DNA of 63,089 nucleotides, filler included, from Actinomycetales bacterium (GTDB taxonomy: Bacteria; Actinomycetota; Actinomycetes; Actinomycetales; CAVURS01), in assembly GCA_045807245.1 (NCBI GenBank). It is 5 parts of 5 records of this genome, joined end to end, with 100 filler letters (N's around TTAATTAATTAA, not from the genome) between each part and the next. Parts side by side here need not be neighbours in the genome. Positions count along the whole stretch, not along the records: positions 20,071 to 45,333 come from JBJMHS010000013.1; 4 more parts are not named here. One strand, written 5' to 3'. A program made the translations under genes and the position numbers. Below the pieces are notes generated by a model, which saw nothing but the letters and a program-made list of their open reading frames with translations, was not told the DNA's origin and did not search any database. Below are positions 30,361-39,594 of the stretch, piece after piece (position 1 is the first letter of the stretch; every line of letters starts with the position of its first letter).

Positions 30361-31794
30361 ATGATCACCGTCGACGGCGGCCGGTTGAGCCCGCACGACA
30401 TCGCCGCGGTCGCCGCTGGGGAGCCCGTGGACCTGGCCGAGGGCGCGCTGCGCCGGGCCGGCGAGGCGTACGACCTGGCCGTCCGGACGGCCAGCGAGCG
30501 GCCGGTGTACGGCCGCACGACTGGTGTGGGAGCGAACAAGGACGTCGCGGTCGGCCGGGGTGAGGCCGCCGAGCACGGCCTGCGGATCCTGCGCAGCCAT
30601 GCCACCTCGGCCGGGCCGCCCCGCTCGGACGCCCGGGTGCGCGCCACGATGGTCATCCGGCTCAACCAGCTCGCGGTCGGTGCCAGCGGGGCCCGGCCGG
30701 AGGTCCTCGATGCCCTCCTCACCCTGCTGAACTCGCGTGTGGTCCCCACCGTGCGCGAACACGGCGGCGTCGGGACGGGCGACCTGGCAGCACTCGCGAC
30801 CATCGGGCTGGCCATGCCCGGCCTGGTCTGGACCGCCGACGACACTCTGCCGTTCCTGTCCAGCAATGCCGCCACGCTGGCCGACGCCGCCCTCGCGTTC
30901 GTCGACCTGTCCGAGCTCGCGTGGGCCCAGATCGCCGTAGCCGCAACGACTTTCGTCGCGGTCGCCGGTCAGCCGGACGCGTTCGCGCCCACGGTCGAGG
31001 CGATGACCCCCGAGGCGGGTGCGGCGGCCGTGTGCCGGGCCGTGCGACGGCTCACCGGCGGCGTGCCACCACCCCGCCGGCTCCAGGACCCCTTCGCGCT
31101 CCGGTGTGTGCCCCAGGTGCACGGTCTGGTGCTCGACAGCCTCAGCCGGCTCGCGGGCCAGGTCGAGACGGCGACGGCGACCGGCGCTGAGAACCCGGCG
31201 GTGGACCGCGACCGCGGCACCGTCGTGCACCACGGCGGGTTCTACGCGTCGTACCTGGCGTCGGCGCTGGATGCGACCCTGGTCGCGCTCGCGGACTCGG
31301 CGTACCAGTCGTTGCGCCGCATCGGCCTGCTGCTCGACGGGCAGATCACCGGTCTGACGCCGTTCCTCACCGACGGCACGCCGGGGGCGTCCGGCGCGAT
31401 GGGCCTGGAGTACGCCGCCGCATCGGCGCTGGGCGACCTGCGCGCACTCGCGACGCCGGCGTCCAGCCAGAACGTCGTCCTGTCCCGGGGCGTCGAGGAC
31501 GGTGCCAGCTTCGCGTCCCTCGGGGCGCGCCAGGCGCTGGATGCGGTGCCGGCGTACGCAGCGGTTCTGGGGTGTGAGCTCGTGGCGGCCGCGAGAGCCG
31601 TGCGGCTGCTCCGGCTGCCCCCACCGGACGGCGGCTGGGGAGCGGTCGTCCAGGCGTTGACGTCGTCGGGAGTCGGCTACGAGTCGGACGTCGCGGACCG
31701 TGACCTGACCCCGGACATCGAGCAGGCCACCATCTGCCTGCCCGCCCTCGCCCCCCTGGCCAGCTCCGCCGCCGAAGCGGAGCCGCCCGGTTAG
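30361..31794 (+). CDS. Aromatic amino acid (histidine) ammonia-lyase family protein lacking the ASG/MIO motif
   Basis: VYGRTTGVG, LRSHA, QDPFALRCVPQVHG, ENP; GGVGTGDL where HAL has GSVGASGDL. Confidence 0.88.
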   Translation: MITVDGGRLSPHDIAAVAAGEPVDLAEGALRRAGEAYDLAVRTASERPVYGRTTGVGANKDVAVGRGEAAEHGLRILRSHATSAGPPRSDARVRATMVIRLNQLAVGASGARPEVLDALLTLLNSRVVPTVREHGGVGTGDLAALATIGLAMPGLVWTADDTLPFLSSNAATLADAALAFVDLSELAWAQIAVAATTFVAVAGQPDAFAPTVEAMTPEAGAAAVCRAVRRLTGGVPPPRRLQDPFALRCVPQVHGLVLDSLSRLAGQVETATATGAENPAVDRDRGTVVHHGGFYASYLASALDATLVALADSAYQSLRRIGLLLDGQITGLTPFLTDGTPGASGAMGLEYAAASALGDLRALATPASSQNVVLSRGVEDGASFASLGARQALDAVPAYAAVLGCELVAAARAVRLLRLPPPDGGWGAVVQALTSSGVGYESDVADRDLTPDIEQATICLPALAPLASSAAEAEPPG

Positions 31795-32306
31795 TCGATG
31801 GGACGGAGCTCGTCGGCGTACGAGACGGACGTCCGGCGCAGGACGCCGCTCGCCGACACGGCGTACTGGCCCAACCGCCACAACGGCGGGCTGTAGGCGT
31901 GGATCGAGACACTCCCGGGGTCCAGGCAGGTCATCCGGTGGATGTGGTCGGGCCCGAACGAGTACGACGTGCCCGCCGGCACCTCGGTGCGCAGCGCGGG
32001 TGTGCCGATGGCCAGGTTGTGCTCGACCAGCCGCCCCCTCGTGACGGCGACGGCGCCCGAGGACACGTCGTGGTCGTGCCAGCCGGTGTCGTTGACCGGG
32101 GTCCAGCACAGCACCCACACATCCACGTGCGGGTCACGATGCAGCGAGACGTAGTGCCGGTGGTCGTCGCTGAACTCCAGGCCCGACGCCCACAGCTCCG
32201 GCTGCGCCGCCAGCGACGTGACCAGCTCGACCAGCTCCTGCCGGTCGAGGTCCCGGTCGGGTAGACCGGGCAGGGTCATCGGGGTGGAGTGGTCCGTGAC
32301 GGTCAC
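31791..32306 (-). CDS. Cysteine dioxygenase-like thiol dioxygenase (cupin)
   Basis: W..DTGWHDH..HIHRM..SIHAYSPPL; GTG overlaps amidohydrolase stop. Confidence 0.88.
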   Translation of the reverse strand: MTVTDHSTPMTLPGLPDRDLDRQELVELVTSLAAQPELWASGLEFSDDHRHYVSLHRDPHVDVWVLCWTPVNDTGWHDHDVSSGAVAVTRGRLVEHNLAIGTPALRTEVPAGTSYSFGPDHIHRMTCLDPGSVSIHAYSPPLWRLGQYAVSASGVLRRTSVSYADELRPID

Positions 32307-33298
32307 GGTCGGCCTCCTTCGAGCAGGCGGATCGGGTTGGTGCGGGTGATGGCTCGATGTGCGGCCGCGCCGAGCCCGAACGCCATCGGGTCGGCGTAGG
32401 GCCGGTCGCTGCCGAGCACGAGCGCGTCGATGCCGAGGACGCGCACCAGCGCGTCGACGGCCTGTGGCCCGTAGGACGAGGTGTCGACGAAGACGTTCGG
32501 GTCGAGGGCCCGGCCGGCACCGGTGAGCCGCCCTCCGCGCGCGGCCAGCCGTTCGTGCTGGATCGGCGCCAGGCCGGCGCCGGCGGCGAAGCAGATCCGC
32601 AGGTCCGGCAGGAGCGAGCGGCCCGCGACGTGCCAGGTCCACCACGCCGCATGCATCTGGGCGACGTACGGCACGAGGGCCGGCCACCAGCCGGGCAGGC
32701 TCGCCGCGCTCCCGGGTGCGGCCGGTATGGCGGGTACCGCGGATGCGGCGCCCGGGTGGACCAGCACGGGCCGGCCGTGCGACTCGGCCACGGCGAGCAG
32801 CTCGGCGACGGACTCGAGGTCCTGCGGCGTAGCCAGCCAGGTCGCCGGCACCTGCAGGCCGCGGAACCCCTGGTCGAGCGCGCGGCCCAGCTCGACCGGG
32901 TCCGGCTCCACCCGGCTGGCCGCGGCCCACGAGGCGAACGGCGCCGGAAGGTCGGCGGCCTCCTTGTGCCACACCCGCAGCAGCTCGGCGCCGTCGTCGC
33001 CGGGCAGGTCCTCCAGTCCCAAGGGGCTGGACAAGGACACGAGGACAAGTGCGGCGTCGGCCCGCTCGCGCACCGCGCGGGCTGCGACGTCGTGATCGCC
33101 CGCGCACACCTCGTACGGCGGTTCTCCCGGCAGGTGCAGCGTCCAGCCGCGCATGCGCGGGGGGCTCGTACGCCGGCGCAGCTCGTCGACGAAGCCGGGG
33201 GGCCACAGGTGCTGGTGCACGTCGACCGGCCCCTGCACGGCCGCCGCCCACTCCGCGTCCACCGGTCCCTGCACGGCCGTCGCCCACGTCTGCTGCAC
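32303..33298 (-). CDS. Amidohydrolase_2 family metalloenzyme
   Basis: DVHQH, LVHPG, DTSSY, LGSDRPY. Confidence 0.85.
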   Translation of the reverse strand: MQQTWATAVQGPVDAEWAAAVQGPVDVHQHLWPPGFVDELRRRTSPPRMRGWTLHLPGEPPYEVCAGDHDVAARAVRERADAALVLVSLSSPLGLEDLPGDDGAELLRVWHKEAADLPAPFASWAAASRVEPDPVELGRALDQGFRGLQVPATWLATPQDLESVAELLAVAESHGRPVLVHPGAASAVPAIPAAPGSAASLPGWWPALVPYVAQMHAAWWTWHVAGRSLLPDLRICFAAGAGLAPIQHERLAARGGRLTGAGRALDPNVFVDTSSYGPQAVDALVRVLGIDALVLGSDRPYADPMAFGLGAAAHRAITRTNPIRLLEGGRP

Positions 33299-33378
33299 CG
33301 TGCTCCGTCCCGTGGTGACGCAGCCCCCGATCCGCGCCAGCCGCTCGCTGCCCGACTCGACCGTCGTACTCGCTGTGT

Positions 33379-33440
33379 TTAACCGCTTCAGTGAAGGGTT
33401 TCAGTGAAGGGCTTCACCAAACCACTTGTCAAGCGGTTCA
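33379..33440. promoter_or_regulatory. Array of four LacI-type operator-like sites
   Basis: ttaaccgcttca, tgaagggtttca, tgaagggcttca (13-bp period) and tcaagcggttca. Confidence 0.65.
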
Positions 33441-33484
33441 CCCGAACGGACGCTGGCGTCGTAGGGCGCAGGTAGCGTTGCGGG

Positions 33485-34492
33485 ATGCCAGGGCGCCGGA
33501 GACGCGTCACGCTACGGGACCTCGCCGACGACACCGGGCTCTCGCCGGCCGCGATCAGCTACGCGCTGCGCGGCCTGCACGTGCCGCAGGAGACTCAGGC
33601 CCGGGCCCGCGAGGCGGCCGACCGGCTCGGCTACCAGGTCGACCCGATCGCCCGCGCCTTGGCTCTCGGCCGCACCGACACCGTCGGCGTCCTGTGCGGA
33701 TCCCTGGACGACATCTGGCAGCAGTCCGTGGCCGCCGCCCTGGGTCGCGAGCTGCTCGCCGTCGGTCGGATCGCACTCATCGTGGACGCCGCAAACGACC
33801 CCGGACGCGAGGAGGCGTTGGCCCAGCGGCTCGTCGACCAGCGGGTCGACGCGATGATCGCCCTGCCGGTCGACCCCAAGGCCGCGCACTGGGCGCGGAT
33901 CGCCAAGGACACCGCCCTGGTCAGCATCGGCGACGGCCTGCCGGGCGCGGCAACCGTCGCCGAGGTGACTTTCGACAACGTCCAGGGGGTGACCGACGGG
34001 CTCGAGCAGCTCGCGCACGCCGGCCACGCCCGGGTCGCCGTACTGACTCCGAGCGACCGGGCGACGCCCGACCGGCCGGCCGAGGTCGTGGTGGCCCGCG
34101 TCGCCACCCGGCTGGGGCTGACCGCGACGCTGCGCACGACGCCGCACGACCTCGACGGTGCGAGCGAAGCGGTGTACGAGGTCCTGAGCGGGCCGAACCC
34201 GCCGACCGCGTTCCTGTGCCTCGCCGACTCGATCGCGTTCGGCGTGTACGACGCCGCGAACCGGCTCGGTCTGAGGGTCCCGGCCGACGTCTCGGTGATC
34301 GGGTACGACGACCTGCCGGTCTCCCGGCTGCTGAGCCCACCGCTGTCGACGTACCGATGGCCGGTCGCCGACCTGGTCGAGGCCGTCGTGGCCCGGACGG
34401 TGCAGGCCATCGACGACGGCCGCAGCAGCCGCCGCAAGGTGCTGCGCCCCGAACGGGTCGAACGCGGCAGTGTCGGTCCGGCTCGTGGCTGA
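33485..34492 (+). CDS. LacI family regulator
   Basis: VTLRDLADDTGLSPAAISYAL HTH, ARALA hinge, DVSVIGYDD..PPLST. Confidence 0.93.
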   Translation: MPGRRRRVTLRDLADDTGLSPAAISYALRGLHVPQETQARAREAADRLGYQVDPIARALALGRTDTVGVLCGSLDDIWQQSVAAALGRELLAVGRIALIVDAANDPGREEALAQRLVDQRVDAMIALPVDPKAAHWARIAKDTALVSIGDGLPGAATVAEVTFDNVQGVTDGLEQLAHAGHARVAVLTPSDRATPDRPAEVVVARVATRLGLTATLRTTPHDLDGASEAVYEVLSGPNPPTAFLCLADSIAFGVYDAANRLGLRVPADVSVIGYDDLPVSRLLSPPLSTYRWPVADLVEAVVARTVQAIDDGRSSRRKVLRPERVERGSVGPARG

Positions 34493-34537
34493 GGGGCGCG
34501 CCACGGCGGACCGTACCCGTCAGTAGAGTCCTGAACC

Positions 34538-36793
34538 ATGCAGGTTGCTGCGATCGTGCTGTGCCTGGCCGCGACGGCGACCGGCGTGGCGTTGTTCGCC
34601 AAGACGGTGTCCGGATACCTGGTGACGTTCCGCGCCGGCCGGCCCGACCCGACCCGCACCAACTACCCCGGCCATCGCACCTGGACGCTCGTCAAGGAGT
34701 TCCTCGGCCACACCCGGATGTCCCGGCTGCCCGTCGTGGCGGCGGCGCACTGGTTCGTGATGGTGTCGTTCGGTCTGTTGTTCCTCACCCTGGTCACGGC
34801 GTTCGGTCAGCTGTTCAGCCCGGCCTGGGCGCTGCCGCTGATCGGCCACCTGTTCCTGGCCGACTGGGCGGTCGAGGCGGTCGCCTGGCTGTCCCTGGCC
34901 GGCATCCTCGTCCTGGTCGCCATCCGGCAGCGGTCCCACCCCAGACGGCTGGCCCGGCGCTCGCGGTTCTTCGGGTCGACGTTCTGGCAGGCCTACTACG
35001 TCGAGCTGACCATCCTGGGCGTCGTCCTGTGCGTCCTCACCCTGCGCTCGCTGGAGTACGCGCTGGGCCGGGCGATCGGCGACGGCTCGGCCACCGCCTT
35101 CCACTACCCGTTGACGGCCTGGCTGGGGCACGCGTGGGACGGCACGAGCCGGCACACCCTGGAGCAGGCGATCATCGTCGTCGCGGCGGTCAAGATCCTC
35201 ATCTCCGTGGCCTGGCTGATCACGATCTCGCTGCAGCCGACCATGGGCGTCGCCTGGCACCGGTTCCTCGCCTTCTTCAACATCTGGCTCAAGCGCGAGC
35301 CCTCGGGCCGCACGGCACTCGGCCCGCTGCGCCCCCTGATGGTCAACGGTGCACCCGTCGACTTCGAGGCGATCGAGGACCTGGACGAGAACGCCGCTCT
35401 CGGTGTCGGCACGATCGGGGACTTCACCTGGAAAGGGCTGCTGGACTTCACGACCTGCACCGAGTGCGGCCGTTGCCAGTCGCAGTGCCCGGCGTGGAAC
35501 ACCGAGAAACCGCTGTCTCCTAAGCTGTTGGTGACCTCGCTGCGCAACCACGCGTTCGGTCAGGCGCCGTACTACCGCGCCGCGGCTGCCGCCGTGGACG
35601 TAGGCCCGGACGACGACCAGCCGCTCCCCGCCGACGCGCCGCTCGTCGCCTCAGGCATCGTCCCCGACGACGTGCTGTGGAGCTGTACGACGTGCGGTGC
35701 CTGTGTGGAGCAGTGCCCGGTTGACATCGAGCACGTCGACCACATCGTCGACATGCGCCGTTACCAGGTGCTGATCGAGTCGGCGTTCCCGAACGAGCTC
35801 TCCGGCCTGTTCAAGAACCTGGAGAAGGCGCAGAACCCCTGGGGCATGCCGGCTCGCGCCCGGCTGGACTGGGCCAAGGGCCTGGCCTTCGACGTACCGG
35901 TCGTCGGCGGCGGACAGCCAGCAGACGTCGCCGACCTCTCCGATGTTGACTACCTGTTCTGGGTGGGCTGCGCGGGCGCCTATGACGACCGGGCCCAGCA
36001 CACCACCCGCGCCGTCGCCGAGCTGCTGCACATCGCGAACGTCAGGTTCGCCGTTCTCGGCGACGGTGAGACGTGCACGGGCGACCCGGCCCGGCGGGCC
36101 GGCAACGAGTTCCTGTTCCAGATGCTCGCGCAGGCCAACGTCGAGACCCTCGACGAGGCCAAGGCGACCAAGATCGTGGTCACCTGCGCTCACTGCTTCA
36201 ACACCATCGGCAACGAGTACGAGCAGCTGGACGGCCACTTCGAGGTCGTCCACCACACCCAGCTGCTCAACCGTCTGGTCCGCGAGCGCCGCCTCGTGCC
36301 CCTGGCCCGGCCGGACCGGCCGCAGGCCGCTCAGGGCACCGAGGGCGCTGCGGGCGTCGAGGGTGCGAAGGTCGACACGCCCGTCACGTATCACGACCCC
36401 TGCTATCTCGGCCGGCACAACAACGTCTACAACCCCCCGCGCGAGCTGCTCGGCGCCCTGCCCGGCGTCGAGCTGCGCGAGATGCCGCGCAACCGAGAGC
36501 GCTCCTTCTGCTGCGGCGCCGGCGGCGCCCGGATGTGGATGGAGGAGAGGCTCGGCACCCGGATCAACAGCAACCGGACGGCCGAGGCCGTCGAGACCGG
36601 AGCCGACCGGATCGCCATCGCCTGCCCGTTCTGCCGGGTCATGCTGAGCGACGGTCTCGGCGTCGCGCAGTCCGACGGGAGTGCCCGGCCGGAGGTCCAG
36701 GTGGTCGACGTCGCCCAGATGCTCCTGGCCGCAGTGCGTCCGGCCGGCCCGCCGCCCGCCCAACCGGCCGCCATACCGGTCAGCACCCCGTGA
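34538..36793 (+). CDS. Membrane Fe-S oxidoreductase (FadF/Rv0338c EtfD-like)
   Basis: TMs, CTECGRCQSQCP, CTTCGACVEQCP, YHDPCYLGR, CCGAGG. Confidence 0.92.
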   Translation: MQVAAIVLCLAATATGVALFAKTVSGYLVTFRAGRPDPTRTNYPGHRTWTLVKEFLGHTRMSRLPVVAAAHWFVMVSFGLLFLTLVTAFGQLFSPAWALPLIGHLFLADWAVEAVAWLSLAGILVLVAIRQRSHPRRLARRSRFFGSTFWQAYYVELTILGVVLCVLTLRSLEYALGRAIGDGSATAFHYPLTAWLGHAWDGTSRHTLEQAIIVVAAVKILISVAWLITISLQPTMGVAWHRFLAFFNIWLKREPSGRTALGPLRPLMVNGAPVDFEAIEDLDENAALGVGTIGDFTWKGLLDFTTCTECGRCQSQCPAWNTEKPLSPKLLVTSLRNHAFGQAPYYRAAAAAVDVGPDDDQPLPADAPLVASGIVPDDVLWSCTTCGACVEQCPVDIEHVDHIVDMRRYQVLIESAFPNELSGLFKNLEKAQNPWGMPARARLDWAKGLAFDVPVVGGGQPADVADLSDVDYLFWVGCAGAYDDRAQHTTRAVAELLHIANVRFAVLGDGETCTGDPARRAGNEFLFQMLAQANVETLDEAKATKIVVTCAHCFNTIGNEYEQLDGHFEVVHHTQLLNRLVRERRLVPLARPDRPQAAQGTEGAAGVEGAKVDTPVTYHDPCYLGRHNNVYNPPRELLGALPGVELREMPRNRERSFCCGAGGARMWMEERLGTRINSNRTAEAVETGADRIAIACPFCRVMLSDGLGVAQSDGSARPEVQVVDVAQMLLAAVRPAGPPPAQPAAIPVSTP

Positions 36794-36796
36794 CGG

Positions 36797-37564
36797 TCAT
36801 CGCTCCCCTGAGGCCGACACGTCGCTGAGCAGTCGCTCGACCCCCGCGTGGACGACGCGCCGGGTCAACCGGGCGCGGCGGTGCCGGAAGCGCAGCCCGT
36901 GTTCGCGGGCCCATCCCCGACGCCGGGCCAGGATGTCCTGACGGAGCCACTCGGGCACTCCGAACTCGGTCAGTCGGGCGATGGCCTGCGTCTTGGTGAG
37001 CAGCTCGCCGTCGGTGATGGAGGCCCGAGCCCGGGGCAGCGTGGTCAGCGCGAGGTCGACCCATGTGTCGTCGTACCAACGCAGTCGGCGCCTCGAGGCG
37101 GGCAGCCAGACCTTCGCGAGCTCGGTCCGTACGGCGTCGACCAGCTCCTCATGCGTGACGTACGGGATGCGCGCCGGGATGGGTTCGCCCGCGACGACGA
37201 CGCCGTGGTCGTGCAGCTCGATCCGGGTGATGGCGGAGAACGTGCGCGACCGCATCTTGCCGTTGGCCCAGTACGGCCACTCCCTCGTGGTGCTGTCCAG
37301 CTCGGGCCGCGCGACGTACAGGCAGTGCAACCGCCGCCCGAGGGGCGATGTCCGTTCGAGGTCCTTGTGCAGGCTGCTCAGCGCGGCGAGCTCCTCCTCG
37401 TCCGGTGCCTTCTCCAGGACGGCGACCAGGTCGAGGTCGCTGCGCTCCGGCTCGAAGTCGAGCGTGCCGAGCGACCCGGCGGCGTACAGGCCCAGGACCG
37501 GTACGGCGTCCGGCAGCCGCCCGACGAGGTCGGCGAGCAGGCGGGCGATCCGGGCCTCAGGCAT
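36797..37564 (-). CDS. Nucleotidyltransferase domain protein (aminoglycoside adenylyltransferase-like fold)
   Basis: GSLGTLDFEPERSDLDLV Pol-beta signature; LLTKTQAI C-terminal motif. Confidence 0.75.
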   Translation of the reverse strand: MPEARIARLLADLVGRLPDAVPVLGLYAAGSLGTLDFEPERSDLDLVAVLEKAPDEEELAALSSLHKDLERTSPLGRRLHCLYVARPELDSTTREWPYWANGKMRSRTFSAITRIELHDHGVVVAGEPIPARIPYVTHEELVDAVRTELAKVWLPASRRRLRWYDDTWVDLALTTLPRARASITDGELLTKTQAIARLTEFGVPEWLRQDILARRRGWAREHGLRFRHRRARLTRRVVHAGVERLLSDVSASGER

Positions 37565-38627
37565 GGAGCCGGTCCGGCGGGACATGGAAGCCCGCGGCGT
37601 CGACCACCACGCCGTACACCGCCTCCGACACGACACGAGCCACGTCGCGGATCGTCGCACCGACGAGGGTGCGCGCGATGCGGTGCGCCGGCGTGGGGCT
37701 CTCCAGGTGCAGCTGACCGACGTCCTCGGGCCACCACCGGATGTCGTAGATGACCAGCCGGTCGGTCGGTGCCTCAGGCAGGTCGGCCAGCTGTTGCACC
37801 ACCCAGTGCGGCACGCCGGTCTCGACCTGCACCCCGAGCACGAGGCCGCCCTCGCCGACGATCGCGTATCCGTCGGCCGGCTCCATCTCGCGCTGCGCCC
37901 AGACATCAGTTGCGTAGGCGACGTGCTCGAGCCGCTGCAGCAGGTCGGAGGTGAGGGCGTTCTCCAGGTCGTCGGCGACCGGGTCGAGCGGGTCCACCTC
38001 CCACGGCACCTCGTCGGTGGGCTCGGGCTCCTCGTGCGGGCGGCCCTCGTCGAGGTGCGCGCCGGGCAGGACGGGCGCGACCAGCTCGAGCAGCTCCGCC
38101 GGCTCCACCCAGTACGGCGACCACACGGTCAGCTCGACGTTGCGGTGCGGGTCCGGGGTCATCACGACTCCGGTGCCCGCGATCCGCAGCGACCCCCCGA
38201 CGCGGCGGGCCAGGTCCAGACCCAGCCCGACCAGGTCACCCTCCTCGCGGTACGGCGGCCCGCCGGGGAAGGCGCGCATCCACAGCGCCATCTGCAGGGG
38301 GTCGACGAACGCCTCGAACCCGTGGGCGTCGCGCTCCTTCGGGGCCGGCAGGAGGTAGGCGTAGGTGAGCTCCGGCGGCGTGCCGAGGTCCGCGACCGCG
38401 GCCTGGTCCAGCTCGTACGGGCCGACGATCCGGGAGCGCCGGCCGACCCTCGCCTCGCCGGTCAGGTCGAGCTCGGAGTCGTCGACGCGGGCCCGGACCA
38501 GAGTGGCGACCAGCTCGGGCGGTGCCGCGTGCGGGGAGACGAGCAGGACGTGATGGCGGGTGAGCTGTTCGCGCGCCTCGGCATCCAGCCGGGCACTGTC
38601 GACGCGCTTGCGGAACAGTGAGGCCAT
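37557..38627 (-). CDS. Hypothetical protein
   Basis: 356-aa ORF, high GC3, overlaps downstream gene by 8 nt. Confidence 0.75.
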   Translation of the reverse strand: MASLFRKRVDSARLDAEAREQLTRHHVLLVSPHAAPPELVATLVRARVDDSELDLTGEARVGRRSRIVGPYELDQAAVADLGTPPELTYAYLLPAPKERDAHGFEAFVDPLQMALWMRAFPGGPPYREEGDLVGLGLDLARRVGGSLRIAGTGVVMTPDPHRNVELTVWSPYWVEPAELLELVAPVLPGAHLDEGRPHEEPEPTDEVPWEVDPLDPVADDLENALTSDLLQRLEHVAYATDVWAQREMEPADGYAIVGEGGLVLGVQVETGVPHWVVQQLADLPEAPTDRLVIYDIRWWPEDVGQLHLESPTPAHRIARTLVGATIRDVARVVSEAVYGVVVDAAGFHVPPDRLHA

Positions 38628-38696
38628 CGCTCCCTGGGCGTCCTCGCGGTGTGTGGTGCTCCGGGCGGTCCGCGGCCTGGGGTCAGACCGTGGGGT

Positions 38697-39272
38697 TCAG
38701 ACTTTCGTACGGTGGAAGTTCTGGAACGAGCGGCTCGCGGTGGGACCGCGCTGTCCTTGGTAGCGGGAGCCGTACCGCTCGCTGCCGTACGGGTGCTCCG
38801 ACGGTGTGCTGAGGCGGAAGAAGCAGAGCTGGCCGATCTTCATGCCCGGCCACAGGGTGATCGGCAAGGTGGCGACGTTCGACAGCTCGAGGGTCACGTG
38901 GCCGTCGAAGCCGGGGTCGATGAAGCCGGCCGTGGAGTGGGTCAGCAGGCCCAGCCGGCCCAGGCTCGACTTGCCTTCGAGGCGGGCGGCCAGGTCGTCG
39001 GGCAGCTTCACGACCTCGTACGACGAGCCGAGCACGAACTCCCCGGGATGGAGGATGAACGACGCGTCGTCGGTGACCTCCACCAGCTCGGTCAGGTCGG
39101 CCTGCTCCTCCCGGGGGTCGATCACCGGGTACTTGTGGTTGCTGAACGTGCGGAAGAACCGGTCCAGCCGGACGTCGATGCTGGACGGCTGGACCATCTC
39201 CTCGTCGTACGGCGTCAGCACGACCCGGCCGGAGCCTATTTCGGCCCGGATGTCGCGATCGGAGAGCAGCAC
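38697..39272 (-). CDS. dcd: dCTP deaminase
   Basis: [46 protein letters not shown]. Confidence 0.97.
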   Translation of the reverse strand: MLLSDRDIRAEIGSGRVVLTPYDEEMVQPSSIDVRLDRFFRTFSNHKYPVIDPREEQADLTELVEVTDDASFILHPGEFVLGSSYEVVKLPDDLAARLEGKSSLGRLGLLTHSTAGFIDPGFDGHVTLELSNVATLPITLWPGMKIGQLCFFRLSTPSEHPYGSERYGSRYQGQRGPTASRSFQNFHRTKV

Positions 39273-39477
39273 GGGCCAACGGTATCGGGCGTGGGCCCGG
39301 CCCTGGCACCGTCGTGCTCCCCTCCCCGCGCGGTGCTCCCCGCCGCCCGGTCCTGGCCCCCCGTTCAGCGGCCGATCACCGGGCTGCGGGGAGTACGGCG
39401 TGTGGTGGGGTGGCCCGCGTCCGGGCGCGTACGGCGTCCGCGCCGGCCGGCGGTCTCGCGTACCATCTGCCGGGTCT

Positions 39478-39548
39478 GCGGGTGTAGTTCAATGGCAGAA
39501 CATCAGCTTCCCAAGCTGACAGTGCGGGTTCGATTCCCGTCACCCGCT
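39478..39548 (+). tRNA. tRNA-Gly (CCC), CCA not encoded
   Basis: Acceptor gcgggtg/cacccgc, anticodon arm tcagc-ttCCCaa-gctga, T-loop ggttcgattcc. Confidence 0.97.
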
Positions 39549-39594
39549 CGAAGGTCGCCGGGCCCCCTCGTTCCGGGACTGCCATACTCGCGCC

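Noticed and set aside
33299..33378. SAM-type riboswitch upstream of the sulfur-related operon
   Set aside because: No SAM-I/IV consensus recognised; operator array explains the region better.
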